Shown here one piece after another: positions 41,776-50,867 of a stretch of 50,867 nucleotides of DNA. Below the pieces are notes generated by a model, which did no database searches, was not told where the DNA came from, and worked only from the letters and a program-made list of their open reading frames with translations. The stretch comes from an uncultured Marinobacterium sp. (GTDB taxonomy: Bacteria; Pseudomonadota; Gammaproteobacteria; Pseudomonadales; Balneatricaceae), in NCBI GenBank assembly GCA_964390205.1, contig CAYMHL010000001.1, positions 15,165-66,031 on the forward strand, written 5' to 3'. Position 1 is the stretch's first letter; the number at the start of each line of letters is the position of its first letter. Made by a program: the position numbers and the translations under genes.

Positions 41776-43539
41776 TCAGGGAGTCTTGCGCAGCTTGATG
41801 TTCAGTTCGCGCAGCTGGGCTGCACTCACTTCGCCCGGTGCATCGGTCAGCAGACAGGCGGCACTCTGGGTTTTCGGGAAGGCAATCACTTCACGAATGG
41901 AGGAAGAACCGGTCATCAGCATCACCAAACGGTCAAGACCGAAGGCCAGACCACCGTGGGGCGGCGCACCGAATTTCAGCGCGTTCAGCAGGAAGCCGAA
42001 TTTCTCTTCCGCTTCTTCATCAGAGATGCCCAGCACCTTGAACACGGCACGCTGCATCGCCTGATCGTGAATACGGACTGAACCGCCACCGAGCTCGGTG
42101 CCGTTCAGCACCATGTCGTAGGCGCGGGACAGCTTGCCTTCCGGCTCGGCAACCAGCTCTTCAGGCGTGCAGTTCGGCGAGGTGAACGGATGGTGCAGCG
42201 CGGTCAGGGAGCCATCGCTGTTCTCTTCGAACATCGGGAAGTCCACCACCCACAGCGGCGCCCACTCACGCTCGATCAGGTTCATGTCTTCGCCGACCTT
42301 GATGCGCAGCGCACCCAGAGCCTCGTTGACGATGGTGGCCTTGTCGGCACCGAAGAAGACAATATCGCCGTTCTTGGCATCCAGACGCTCCATCACCTTC
42401 ATGGCAACATCTTCACCCAGGAACTTGACGATCGGCGACTGCAGGCCTTCTGCACCCTTCTCCAGCTCGTTGACCTTGATCCAGGCCAGGCCCTTGGCGC
42501 CATAGATGCCAACGAACTTGGTGTAATCGTCGATGATCTTGCGGGTCAGCTCGGCACCACCCGGCACTTTCAGGGCAGCTACACGGCCTTTCGGGTCCTT
42601 GGCGGGACCGGCAAACACCTTGAATTCGATATCCTGCAGCAGGTCAGCCACGTCCACCAGCTCCAGCGGGATACGCAGATCCGGTTTGTCGGAGCCGTAA
42701 CGGTGCATCGCTTCGGAATACGGCATGCGCGGGAAGTCGCCCAGATCCACGCCCAACAGCTCGATGAACAGCTTGCGAATCATGGCTTCGGTCAGACCCA
42801 TGATGCCTTCTTCGTCCATGAACGAAGTTTCAATATCGATCTGGGTGAATTCAGGCTGACGATCGGCACGCAGATCTTCATCGCGGAAGCACTTGGCGAT
42901 CTGGTAGTAGCGGTCAAAACCGGACACCATCAGCAGCTGCTTGAACAGCTGCGGCGACTGCGGCAGGGCAAAGAAGCTGCCTTCATGGGTACGACTCGGC
43001 ACCAGGTAGTCACGAGCGCCTTCCGGCGTTGCGCGGGTCAGAATCGGCGTCTCGATGTCGAGGAAACCGTTCTCTTCCAGATAGTTGCGGATATTGTGGG
43101 TGATCTTGGAACGGAAACGCAGTTTGCGCTGAATCTCCGGACGACGCAGGTCGATGTAGCGGTGACGCAGACGCACGTCTTCACCCACCTGCTGGTGTTC
43201 GTCCAGCTGGAACGGCGGTGTCTCGGCCTTGTTCAGGATCACCAGTTCCTTGCCCAGCACTTCGATCTCGCCGGTACCCATGTCCTTGTTGGTAGTACCT
43301 TCAGGACGTGCACGCACAGTACCGCGGACTTCGACCACGTATTCGTTACGTACGCTGTCGGCCAGATTGAAGCTTTCTTCACGGTCCGGGTCGAATACAA
43401 CCTGGGCAATCCCTTCACGGTCACGAAGGTCGAGGAAGATTACGCCACCATGATCTCGACGGCGGTGAACCCAGCCGGTCAGGGTGATGTCTTCTCCGAT
43501 ATGGTCTGCTCTGAGGTCGCCGCAATAATGGCTGCGCAT
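41776..43539 (-). CDS. aspS: aspartate--tRNA(Asp/Asn) ligase
   Basis: [34 protein letters not shown] and [13 protein letters not shown]. Confidence 0.97.
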   Translation of the reverse strand: MRSHYCGDLRADHIGEDITLTGWVHRRRDHGGVIFLDLRDREGIAQVVFDPDREESFNLADSVRNEYVVEVRGTVRARPEGTTNKDMGTGEIEVLGKELVILNKAETPPFQLDEHQQVGEDVRLRHRYIDLRRPEIQRKLRFRSKITHNIRNYLEENGFLDIETPILTRATPEGARDYLVPSRTHEGSFFALPQSPQLFKQLLMVSGFDRYYQIAKCFRDEDLRADRQPEFTQIDIETSFMDEEGIMGLTEAMIRKLFIELLGVDLGDFPRMPYSEAMHRYGSDKPDLRIPLELVDVADLLQDIEFKVFAGPAKDPKGRVAALKVPGGAELTRKIIDDYTKFVGIYGAKGLAWIKVNELEKGAEGLQSPIVKFLGEDVAMKVMERLDAKNGDIVFFGADKATIVNEALGALRIKVGEDMNLIEREWAPLWVVDFPMFEENSDGSLTALHHPFTSPNCTPEELVAEPEGKLSRAYDMVLNGTELGGGSVRIHDQAMQRAVFKVLGISDEEAEEKFGFLLNALKFGAPPHGGLAFGLDRLVMLMTGSSSIREVIAFPKTQSAACLLTDAPGEVSAAQLRELNIKLRKTP

Positions 43540-43647
43540 AGTGTCCTGTTCCTGTATCCGAATGCAACATGGAAATCAAAGGCGGAAATTATAACCGATT
43601 TGGCCGGACCTGACAGGCCCGGCGGCGGGGATAAAGCCGTGAAAGTC

Positions 43648-44094
43648 TCAGTTATGCGGCTCAAACGCCATTTCGCCGTCCAGCAGAGCTTCCAACTTGC
43701 CACGAACCCGATCAAGCTGTTCCTGCGTATAGGCAACAGCAGGCACCTTGCCCCAAACAGGTCCGGGCCAGGCGGGATCGTTCTCCTTGCGGACGATCAC
43801 ATGCATGTGCAGCTGTGGCACCATGTTGCCCAGACAGGCCACATTCATTTTGCGTGCCTGAAACAGATCTGCCAGCGTTTCGGCCAGATCGCTGGCTTCG
43901 TGCATCAGCTGCTGCTGTTCACTGGCCGGTAAATGGTACAGTTCCGTGACGCCCGCCCGTCGGGGGACCAGGATGAACCAGGGGTACTGGCTGTCATTCA
44001 TCAGCAGCAAACGACACAAGGGGTAATCACCGATCATAATCGTATCGGTGACCAGACGGGGATCAAGTTCAAATTCCAGTTCCAGTTCATCCAT
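43648..44094 (-). CDS. HIT-family hydrolase
   Basis: FELDPRL, PWFILVPR, LGNMVPQLHMHV and DPAWPGPVWG. Confidence 0.88.
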   Translation of the reverse strand: MDELELEFELDPRLVTDTIMIGDYPLCRLLLMNDSQYPWFILVPRRAGVTELYHLPASEQQQLMHEASDLAETLADLFQARKMNVACLGNMVPQLHMHVIVRKENDPAWPGPVWGKVPAVAYTQEQLDRVRGKLEALLDGEMAFEPHN

Positions 44095-44162
44095 TGCCCT
44101 GCTCCTTGATGAGTAAAATATGCTTTTTAATCCAACAGTTACACTGATTAGTATAGGTCGGC

Positions 44163-45299
44163 ATGGCTAAAGTCAATCTGCATCAAAGTATAGAGTCAAT
44201 CGGCCTTGAGCGCTGGAATGCACTCTGCGGTACTGACTACCCTTTCCTGCGCTATGAATTCCTGCATGCACTGGAAGCCTCCGGCAGTGTCAGCGCCAGC
44301 ACCGGCTGGCAGCCTGTGCATGTTGAACTGCTTGATGAGGATGACAGCCTCCTATTGCTGATGCCGCTGTATCTCAAATCTCATTCCTGGGGCGAGTACG
44401 TATTCGACTGGGCCTGGGCCGACGCCTATGAACGCAACGGCCTCGCCTACTACCCCAAGCTGGTCAACGCCATCCCCTTCACCCCGGCAACCGGGCCGCG
44501 CCTTGGCAGCACCCTGCCCATGCAGGATGCACTGGCCCTATTCCCGCAGCTGCTGCAACAGGTCATGCAGGAGGTAAGGGCCTCATCCTGGCACTGCCTG
44601 TTCCCGTCTGAGGAGCACGTCAAACAAAGCCGACCACCGGTACTACAGCGACTGGGTTGTCAGTACCACTGGTTCAACCGCGACTATCGGCACTTCGATG
44701 ATTTTCTCGATCGATTCAATGCACGCAAACGCAAGGCGGTAAAACGGGAGCGGCGCAAGGTCAAGGAACAGGGACTGGTGTTGAAGCGCCTCAGTGGCGC
44801 TCAGATCACGGAGGATCATCTCGACTGCTTTTATGGCTTTTACCAATCCACCTACCTCAAGCGCGGCCGCAGCGGTTACCTGACAGCCGACTTTTTTCAT
44901 CGACTGCATCAATCAATGCCGAAGCAGTTGCTGCTGGTTCTGGCCGAACATGAGTCCCAACCGGTGGCCGCTGCACTCTATTTCATCGGCGCCGATACGC
45001 TGTACGGGCGCTACTGGGGCTGCGCTGCGGATTTTGACAGCCTGCATTTCGAAGCCTGTTATTACCAGGGAATTGAATTCTGCATCGAACAGGGACTTCA
45101 CCGTTTTGACCCCGGCGCTCAGGGCGAGCACAAGATTCAGCGTGGCTTTGAGCCGATCAAAACCTGGTCGCTACACCGCATTGCTGACCCAAGATTCGAA
45201 CAGGCAATAACGAGGTTTCTGCAAGAGGAAAGCGAACTGATGGAACAGCAGATCGCGGAATTGACCACCTGGCTGCCGTTTCGACAGCCAGACAGTTAA
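44163..45299 (+). CDS. GNAT/FemAB-like protein (DUF482 type)
   Basis: YLKSHSWGEYVFDWAWA, LYGRYWG and LHFEACYYQGIE...GAQGEHK. Confidence 0.88.
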   Translation: MAKVNLHQSIESIGLERWNALCGTDYPFLRYEFLHALEASGSVSASTGWQPVHVELLDEDDSLLLLMPLYLKSHSWGEYVFDWAWADAYERNGLAYYPKLVNAIPFTPATGPRLGSTLPMQDALALFPQLLQQVMQEVRASSWHCLFPSEEHVKQSRPPVLQRLGCQYHWFNRDYRHFDDFLDRFNARKRKAVKRERRKVKEQGLVLKRLSGAQITEDHLDCFYGFYQSTYLKRGRSGYLTADFFHRLHQSMPKQLLLVLAEHESQPVAAALYFIGADTLYGRYWGCAADFDSLHFEACYYQGIEFCIEQGLHRFDPGAQGEHKIQRGFEPIKTWSLHRIADPRFEQAITRFLQEESELMEQQIAELTTWLPFRQPDS

Positions 45300-45306
45300 A
45301 TTGAGA

Positions 45307-46623
45307 TCAGAGAATCATCGCCGCCGTCCAGCCGGCCAGCAGCAGGGGCAGGTTGTAGTGCAGGAAGGTCGGCACTACCGTATCCCAAATGTGGTGGTGC
45401 TGGCCGTCCACGTTCAGACCAGCCGTCGGCCCCAACGTTGAATCGGACGCAGGTGAACCCGCATCACCCAAGGCACCAGCCGTTCCCACCAGCGCCACAA
45501 TCGCCAGCGGGCCAAATCCCAGTGACAGCGCCAGGGGAACGTAGATCGCTGCAATGATGGGGATGGTGGAGAACGAGGAGCCTATGCCAAGGGTTACCAG
45601 CAGCCCCACCAGCAGCATCAGCAGCGCCGCCAGCGGCTTGTTGTTGCCGATCAGGTCGGCCGTGCTGCTCACCAGAGTGGCGATTTCGCCAGTCTGACGC
45701 ATCACTTCGGCAAAACCGGCTGCCGTGATCATGATGAAACCGATCATCGCCATCATCTTCATGCCGTCGATCAGCACACCATCGGCCTGCTTCCAGCGGA
45801 CGATGCCGGTCAACGTGCAAATCATATAGCCTGCCAAAGCACCCAGCACCATGGAACCGGTCCAGAGCTGGATACCGAATGCGGCCAGCATGGCGACAAC
45901 GACCGAAACCAGTCGCGCCGGGCTGTAATTGACTTCGACACGCTCGGCCGCCTGCAGGCGCTCCATGTCATACTGGCGCGGCTTGCGGTAGTTGAACAGT
46001 GCCAGCAGCAGACCGACCAGCATCCCGGCAGCCGGAATCCACATGGCCGACATCACATTGATGCCCTCAATCGCCAGACCGTTATCGGCCACATTCTTCA
46101 GCAGAATATTGTTGAGAAAGATGCCGCCAAAGCCTACCGGCAGAAACATGTAGGGCGTGATCAAACCAAAGGTCAGCACACAGGCGATCAAGCGTCGATC
46201 GAGCTGCATTTTACTCATCACCATCAGCAACGGCGGCACCAGCAGAGGAATAAAGGCGATATGAATCGGGATCAGGTTCTGCGACGAGATGGCGATGGCA
46301 ACAAGCACCAGAATGAGTGAATACTTCACCACACGCCCCGCCTTCGCCTCACCTGTGCCCAGCTTGCGCTGCACCAGATCTGCCATCGCATGGGGCAGGC
46401 CCGATTGGGCAATCGCAACCGCAAAACCGCCCAGCATGGCATAGCTCAGCGCCACCTCGGCACCACCGCCGATACCGCTGGTAAAGGCCGCCATGGTTTG
46501 CTCAAGCCCCATGCCCGCCAGCAGACCGGCACTGAGCGCACCCAAAACCAGGGCGACCACAACCGGGGTCCGCAACAGACTCAGTACCAGCATGACGACG
46601 ACCGCTGCGAATACAGCATTCAT
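45307..46623 (-). CDS. Na+/H+ antiporter-family (YuiF-like) putative amino-acid transporter
   Basis: [32 protein letters not shown] and [15 protein letters not shown]. Confidence 0.85.
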   Translation of the reverse strand: MNAVFAAVVVMLVLSLLRTPVVVALVLGALSAGLLAGMGLEQTMAAFTSGIGGGAEVALSYAMLGGFAVAIAQSGLPHAMADLVQRKLGTGEAKAGRVVKYSLILVLVAIAISSQNLIPIHIAFIPLLVPPLLMVMSKMQLDRRLIACVLTFGLITPYMFLPVGFGGIFLNNILLKNVADNGLAIEGINVMSAMWIPAAGMLVGLLLALFNYRKPRQYDMERLQAAERVEVNYSPARLVSVVVAMLAAFGIQLWTGSMVLGALAGYMICTLTGIVRWKQADGVLIDGMKMMAMIGFIMITAAGFAEVMRQTGEIATLVSSTADLIGNNKPLAALLMLLVGLLVTLGIGSSFSTIPIIAAIYVPLALSLGFGPLAIVALVGTAGALGDAGSPASDSTLGPTAGLNVDGQHHHIWDTVVPTFLHYNLPLLLAGWTAAMIL

Positions 46624-46699
46624 GTATCTATCCTCGAATTATCCGGAATCGGAAAAAAGCGCCGAACTCTGCAGCAGTCACGATCGAATGTCAAACCCG

Positions 46700-47317
46700 T
46701 CAACCCCGCACAATGCGAAACACCTCGCCCAGATGGGCATATTCGGCGCCACCCAGGCGCGCCAGCGGTTTCAGTTTTGCCGCATCCACTCGCGTGCGCT
46801 CCTTGGCATCGCGATAGCAAACCGCATCATCGATCCAGAACTGATCAACCTCAACCAACAGCAGATGCTGTGGCTTGTTGCCCACTTCAATATGCTGATG
46901 CAGTCGGCAAGCCATGGCGACAGGTACGCCGGCAAGCCGCTTCATGTCACTGCCTGCAAAATCCACCAGCGACAGCTCGGTCAAAGCCAGCTCGGAGTCA
47001 CCAAAGTTCAACTCCCGCGCCGTATCCGAAATCGCCTGCGCATGCTCATCCGAACCAACATGCACTACACAGCGCCCTCGCTCCAGCAGGTTGCGACAAC
47101 TGTCCTTGAGCGAACCGTCCGTCTTGTTGCCGATCGACAGCATCAACACCGGAGGATCACTGCACACAGCATTGAAAAAGGAAAACGGCGCCAGATTAAG
47201 ACTCTCCCCCGTATCATCATTGGGGCTCAGCACCCAGGCAACCGGCCGCGGGATGATGATCTGGGTCAAAAGGTGGTAGATATCGGCTGCGGCCATGTTC
47301 TGTGCTGAAAATTTCAT
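46700..47317 (-). CDS. flavin reductase-like FMN-binding protein
   Basis: IIPRPVAWV, NLAPFSFFN and PLARLGG..Y. Confidence 0.88.
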   Translation of the reverse strand: MKFSAQNMAAADIYHLLTQIIIPRPVAWVLSPNDDTGESLNLAPFSFFNAVCSDPPVLMLSIGNKTDGSLKDSCRNLLERGRCVVHVGSDEHAQAISDTARELNFGDSELALTELSLVDFAGSDMKRLAGVPVAMACRLHQHIEVGNKPQHLLLVEVDQFWIDDAVCYRDAKERTRVDAAKLKPLARLGGAEYAHLGEVFRIVRG

Positions 47318-47557
47318 TGCTGCTATGCACTCGCGTTGATGGGCCAGCAAGCATAACATTCCTGCGTCCCGAGATGCCTGCACCCTGTGCAACTGCAACA
47401 TGAATCAGGCTGATGACGTTTGGCACCATGATGAAAAATGCACAGCCCTTACCTGTCGACGCTCGCTGAAACCGACCTAAACTGAGAGTCCCAATCGCAG
47501 TACCCGTGCTTTCGTTTCGCTCCACACCAGCAGAATAAACAGAAGAGGATTAGCAGC

Positions 47558-47833
47558 ATGTTGACCTACGAACAGTGCCTGGAAATGAGTGATCTCACCG
47601 CCGACGAAATCGCCGCCATCGCCGAGCATGAGCACATGGATCCCATGATCGCGGTTGCTCTGGGGCACTACCTGGTCACCCACGATGGTGAACAGCGGAT
47701 TCAGCGTTTTATTCTGGACGATATCGAGCGCGCCCGTCGCTGCGGAGATCGCCAGAAGCAGATTCTGCTCAATGGTGCCCTGCGCCATTCCATTGAACAC
47801 CATCCGCAGCACCGAAGCCGCTCCGGCCTTTGA
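47558..47833 (+). CDS. conserved-looking hypothetical protein (LTxxEIxAIAEHEH type)
   Basis: 91 aa with a GAGG RBS, a protein-like motif CLEMSDLTADEIAAIAEHEH...ILDDI, and a downstream terminator-like palindrome. Confidence 0.7.
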   Translation: MLTYEQCLEMSDLTADEIAAIAEHEHMDPMIAVALGHYLVTHDGEQRIQRFILDDIERARRCGDRQKQILLNGALRHSIEHHPQHRSRSGL

Positions 47834-47868
47834 GCTACCACCTCGATAACGTCTCCTGCTTTAAACGA

Positions 47869-47894
47869 CAAGACCGTGCCTAGGCACGGTCTTG
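47869..47894. terminator. perfect palindrome / likely terminator between convergent genes
   Basis: CAAGACCGTGCCTAGGCACGGTCTTG is its own reverse complement and is followed by ATTTT. Confidence 0.65.
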
Positions 47895-47951
47895 ATTTTA
47901 AGCCGGAGCCCCTTTGCAGCCAGGCGCTCAGACTCTATAAGCCGGCTAAAT

Positions 47952-48881
47952 TCAGAGCGCGCTGTCCAGCTCCGGCAGCGCCGTGAACAAATCCGCCACC
48001 AGACCGTAATCGGCCACTTGAAAGATAGGAGCCTCTTCATCCTTGTTGATCGCCACGATCACCTTGGAATCCTTCATCCCCGCCAGATGCTGAATGGCAC
48101 CGGAAATGCCCACGGCGATGTAGAGTTCCGGCGCAACGATCTTGCCGGTCTGGCCCACCTGCATGTCGTTCGGCGCAAAACCGGCGTCAACAGCCGCGCG
48201 CGATGCGCCCACCGCCGCGCCCAGCTTGTCGGCCACCTTTTCCAGCAGATGGAAATGTTCGCTGTCCGCCATGCCGCGACCACCGGAAATCACCACACGG
48301 GCAGCAGTCAGTTCAGGACGGTCGGACTTGGCCACCTCTTCAGCCACGAAACGGCTCAGACCGGTATCTTCAACCTGTGACAAGGACTCGACCGCCGCGC
48401 TGCCACCCTCAGCCGCAACAGCATCAAAGGCGGTGCCACGCACGGTGATCACCTTGACCGCATCCAGCGACTGCACCGTCGCGATGGCGTTACCGGCATA
48501 GATCGGACGGGCAAAGGTATCAGCCGATTCCACCTTGGTGATGTCGGAGATCTGGCCCACATCCAGCAGTGCCGCTACCCGCGGCATGAAGTTCTTACCG
48601 TTGGCCGTGGCCGGTGCCAGAATATGGCTGTAGCCTGGCGCCAGGGACAGGATCAGCGCCGCCATGTTTTCAGCGATCTCATGATCATAGGCCGGATTGT
48701 CGGCCAGCAGCACCTTGGCTACGCCCTCGGCCTTTGCAGCGGCATCGGCAGCAGCACTGCAGCCGTTGCCCGCCACCAGCAGGGTGACATCACCCCCGAT
48801 CTGTGCAGCAGCGGCGAGCGTGCTCAGAGTAGACGGCTTCAGGGCCTGATTGTCATGTTCAGCAATTACCAGAATAGTCAT
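47952..48881 (-). CDS. etfA: electron transfer flavoprotein alpha subunit
   Basis: [13 protein letters not shown] and [29 protein letters not shown]. Confidence 0.96.
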   Translation of the reverse strand: MTILVIAEHDNQALKPSTLSTLAAAAQIGGDVTLLVAGNGCSAAADAAAKAEGVAKVLLADNPAYDHEIAENMAALILSLAPGYSHILAPATANGKNFMPRVAALLDVGQISDITKVESADTFARPIYAGNAIATVQSLDAVKVITVRGTAFDAVAAEGGSAAVESLSQVEDTGLSRFVAEEVAKSDRPELTAARVVISGGRGMADSEHFHLLEKVADKLGAAVGASRAAVDAGFAPNDMQVGQTGKIVAPELYIAVGISGAIQHLAGMKDSKVIVAINKDEEAPIFQVADYGLVADLFTALPELDSAL

Positions 48882-49630
48882 CAGATCACCTTCGCCTCGT
48901 TCTTCAGTTTGTCGACCAGTTCAGCCACGTCCGCCACCTTGATACCGGCAGAACGCTCCGCCGGCGGCTCAACTTTCAGCAGCCGGGTATGCGCCTTGAT
49001 TTCGACACCCAGGTCGGCCGGAGTCAGCGTTTCCAGCGGCTTTTTCTTCGCTTTCATGATATTGGGCAGGGAGGCATAGCGCGGTTCGTTGAGGCGCAGG
49101 TCAGTGGTGACCACCGCCGGCGTGTTCAGCGCGATAGTCTGCAGACCGCCATCAACCTCGCGGGTCACCAGCACTTGATCGCCTTCGACCTTCACCTCGG
49201 AGGCAAACGTCCCCTGCCCCATGCCGGTCAGCGCCGCCAGCATCTGGCCGGTCTGGTTGTTGTCGGAATCGATCGCCTGCTTGCCCATCAGTACCAGACC
49301 AGGCTGTTCCCTTTCGACGATTTTCGCCAGCAGCTTGGCGACGGACAGGGATTCCAGAGTATCGTCGCTCTGCACCAGAATGGCGCGGTCGGCGCCCAGC
49401 GCCAGCGCCGTGCGCAACTGCTCCTGCGCCGCCTGCGGCCCAAGAGAAACCACGACGATTTCGCTGGCCTGGCCGGACTCTTTCAGCCGCACCGCTTCTT
49501 CAACCGCAATCTCGCAGAAGGGGTTGATGGCCATTTTGACATTGTTCAGATCAACGTCAGTGTTGTCAGACTTCACTCTCACTTTGACGTTGTAATCGAT
49601 GACGCGTTTTACCGTTACCAGGACCTTCAT
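48881..49630 (-). CDS. etfB: electron transfer flavoprotein beta subunit
   Basis: [39 protein letters not shown] and DLRLNEPRY. Confidence 0.96.
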   Translation of the reverse strand: MKVLVTVKRVIDYNVKVRVKSDNTDVDLNNVKMAINPFCEIAVEEAVRLKESGQASEIVVVSLGPQAAQEQLRTALALGADRAILVQSDDTLESLSVAKLLAKIVEREQPGLVLMGKQAIDSDNNQTGQMLAALTGMGQGTFASEVKVEGDQVLVTREVDGGLQTIALNTPAVVTTDLRLNEPRYASLPNIMKAKKKPLETLTPADLGVEIKAHTRLLKVEPPAERSAGIKVADVAELVDKLKNEAKVI

Positions 49631-49888
49631 TGGCATACCCTTTGTTGTGTTCCAGGCCGTTTGCAACAGCCTCACCTCTTGTGGGTGTTGTTGTCGGTGT
49701 TGTTCTGCATCATAACCAGAGATTCGAAATAAGCAATATCCCTTATACAAAAGCAGAAGCTGCCAACAATCCGGCGTTCGCTTTACAAATAGGGGTTTTT
49801 ACTTATTATGTCCGCATGCGCTAATGTCATACGCTGTGACAGCCAATAACTAGAAGAATCAACCATCCGCACGATGGAGGGAACAACC

Positions 49889-50867
49889 GTGAATCGCGAA
49901 TCGATGGAATTTGATGTAGTAATCGTCGGCGCCGGGCCTGCCGGGCTTTCGGCGGCGTGCCGTCTGATGCAACAGGCTCAGGCCACCGAGCAGGAACTGA
50001 CCGTCTGTGTGGTGGAAAAAGGCTCCGAGGTCGGCGCCCATATCCTCTCCGGTGCCGTGATGGAAACCCGTGCGCTGGATGAACTCTTCCCCGACTGGAA
50101 GGAAAAAGGCGCGCCACTGAAAACGCCGGTCACCGAAGATCAGGTGTTCATGCTCAAGAATGCGTCCAGTGCCGTCAAGCTGCCCAACGCCTTTGTGCCC
50201 AAGACCATGCACAACGATGGCAACTATATTGTCAGTCTGGGCAATGTCACCCGCTGGCTGGGTGAACAGGCAGAGGCGCTGGGCGTGGAAGTCTTCCCGG
50301 GCTTTGCCGCCGCCGAGGTACTTTACCACGAAGATGGCAGCGTCAAGGGGATCGCCACCGGTGACATGGGCGTCACCGCCAGCGGCGAGCAGGGCCCCAA
50401 CTACATGCCCGGCATGGAACTGCATGCCAAGTACACCATTTTCTCCGAAGGCTGCCGTGGTCACCTGGGCAAGCAGCTGATCGAGCAATTCGCTCTGGAT
50501 AAAGATGCCGACCCGCAGCATTACGGCATCGGCATCAAGGAGCTGTGGGATATTGATCCGGCCAAACACCAGCCCGGTCTGGTGGTACACGGCTCCGGCT
50601 GGCCGCTGAGCGACGGCGCCAGTGGCGGTTTCTTCCTCTATCACGCGGAAGACAATCAAGTGGTCGTCGGTCTCATTATCGACCTGAACTATTCCAACCC
50701 GTACCTGAGCCCGTTCGACGAATTCCAGCGCATGAAGCACCATCCCGAGATCAAGCAGTATCTTGAAGGTGGCAAGCGCGTGGCCTATGGTGCTCGTGCC
50801 ATTACCAAGGGTGGTTTCAATACCCTGCCGAAGATGACCATGCCCGGTGCCCTGCTGATCGGCTGTG
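49889..50867 (+). CDS. ETF-ubiquinone oxidoreductase, 3' end truncated by window edge
   Basis: GTG start after GGAGG. Translation (M)NRESMEFDVVIVGAGPAGLSAACRL...EKGSEVGAHILSGAV. Divergent from etfBA. Confidence 0.93.
   Translation, partial: MNRESMEFDVVIVGAGPAGLSAACRLMQQAQATEQELTVCVVEKGSEVGAHILSGAVMETRALDELFPDWKEKGAPLKTPVTEDQVFMLKNASSAVKLPNAFVPKTMHNDGNYIVSLGNVTRWLGEQAEALGVEVFPGFAAAEVLYHEDGSVKGIATGDMGVTASGEQGPNYMPGMELHAKYTIFSEGCRGHLGKQLIEQFALDKDADPQHYGIGIKELWDIDPAKHQPGLVVHGSGWPLSDGASGGFFLYHAEDNQVVVGLIIDLNYSNPYLSPFDEFQRMKHHPEIKQYLEGGKRVAYGARAITKGGFNTLPKMTMPGALLIGC

Noticed and set aside
42190-43932. 580-aa plus-strand ORF antisense to aspS, and similar long shadow ORFs opposite nagZ, sohB, yejA, lon, yebC, etfB and ETF-QO
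   Set aside because: These fully overlap well-conserved genes and have no recognisable motifs. They are the expected by-product of codon bias in GC-rich genes.
47410-47480. CTGATGA ... GAAAC resembling a hammerhead ribozyme core
   Set aside because: I could not build stem II with the required closing pair, nor stems I/III around a cleavage triplet.
49631-49888. PsrA operator expected between etfBA and ETF-QO
   Set aside because: No CAAAC-N2-4-GTTTG palindrome was found by eye.
1-50867. Mobile element, prophage, defence or toxin-antitoxin island
   Set aside because: All sizeable ORFs are housekeeping genes in largely conserved order. I saw no transposase, integrase or compositionally distinct block.

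Overview
This is a core-chromosome window of a GC-rich gammaproteobacterium. Gene content and order suggest an Oceanospirillales/Pseudomonadales relative, which is an inference. The genes in order are: mscS(partial)-nagZ-L,D-transpeptidase-psrA-like TetR-sohB; SCP2; nudC-dnaQ-rnhA-methyltransferase; gloB-mltD-small membrane protein-yejABEF; ppiD-tRNA-Asp-hupB-lon-nfuA-ybiB-like; rlmD-rluA; bamC-dapA; bcp; AI-2E permease-tusA-like; bepA; nadA-2x tRNA-Lys-queC-cpoB-pal-tolB-tolA-tolR-tolQ-ybgC-[DksA/TraR-like]-ruvB-ruvA-ruvC-yebC-aspS-HIT; GNAT; YuiF-like transporter; flavin reductase; hypothetical; etfA-etfB; ETF-QO(partial). I see no mobile element, integrase, prophage, CRISPR array or obvious defence island. 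Four fine-scale signals stand out. (1) The Tol motor has Glu in place of the conserved TolR Asp, and TolQ carries an extra TM3 Thr resembling the Na+ site of PomA. (2) A DksA/TraR-like gene with a degenerate coiled-coil tip lies between ruvB and ybgC. It has an FNR-type box at about -41.5 and a hairpin that would hide its RBS/AUG only in read-through transcripts. (3) Near-consensus LexA boxes lie upstream of ruvC and of the methyltransferase-rnhA-dnaQ operon. (4) A decayed tRNA-Asp-like structured segment follows the intact tRNA-Asp.
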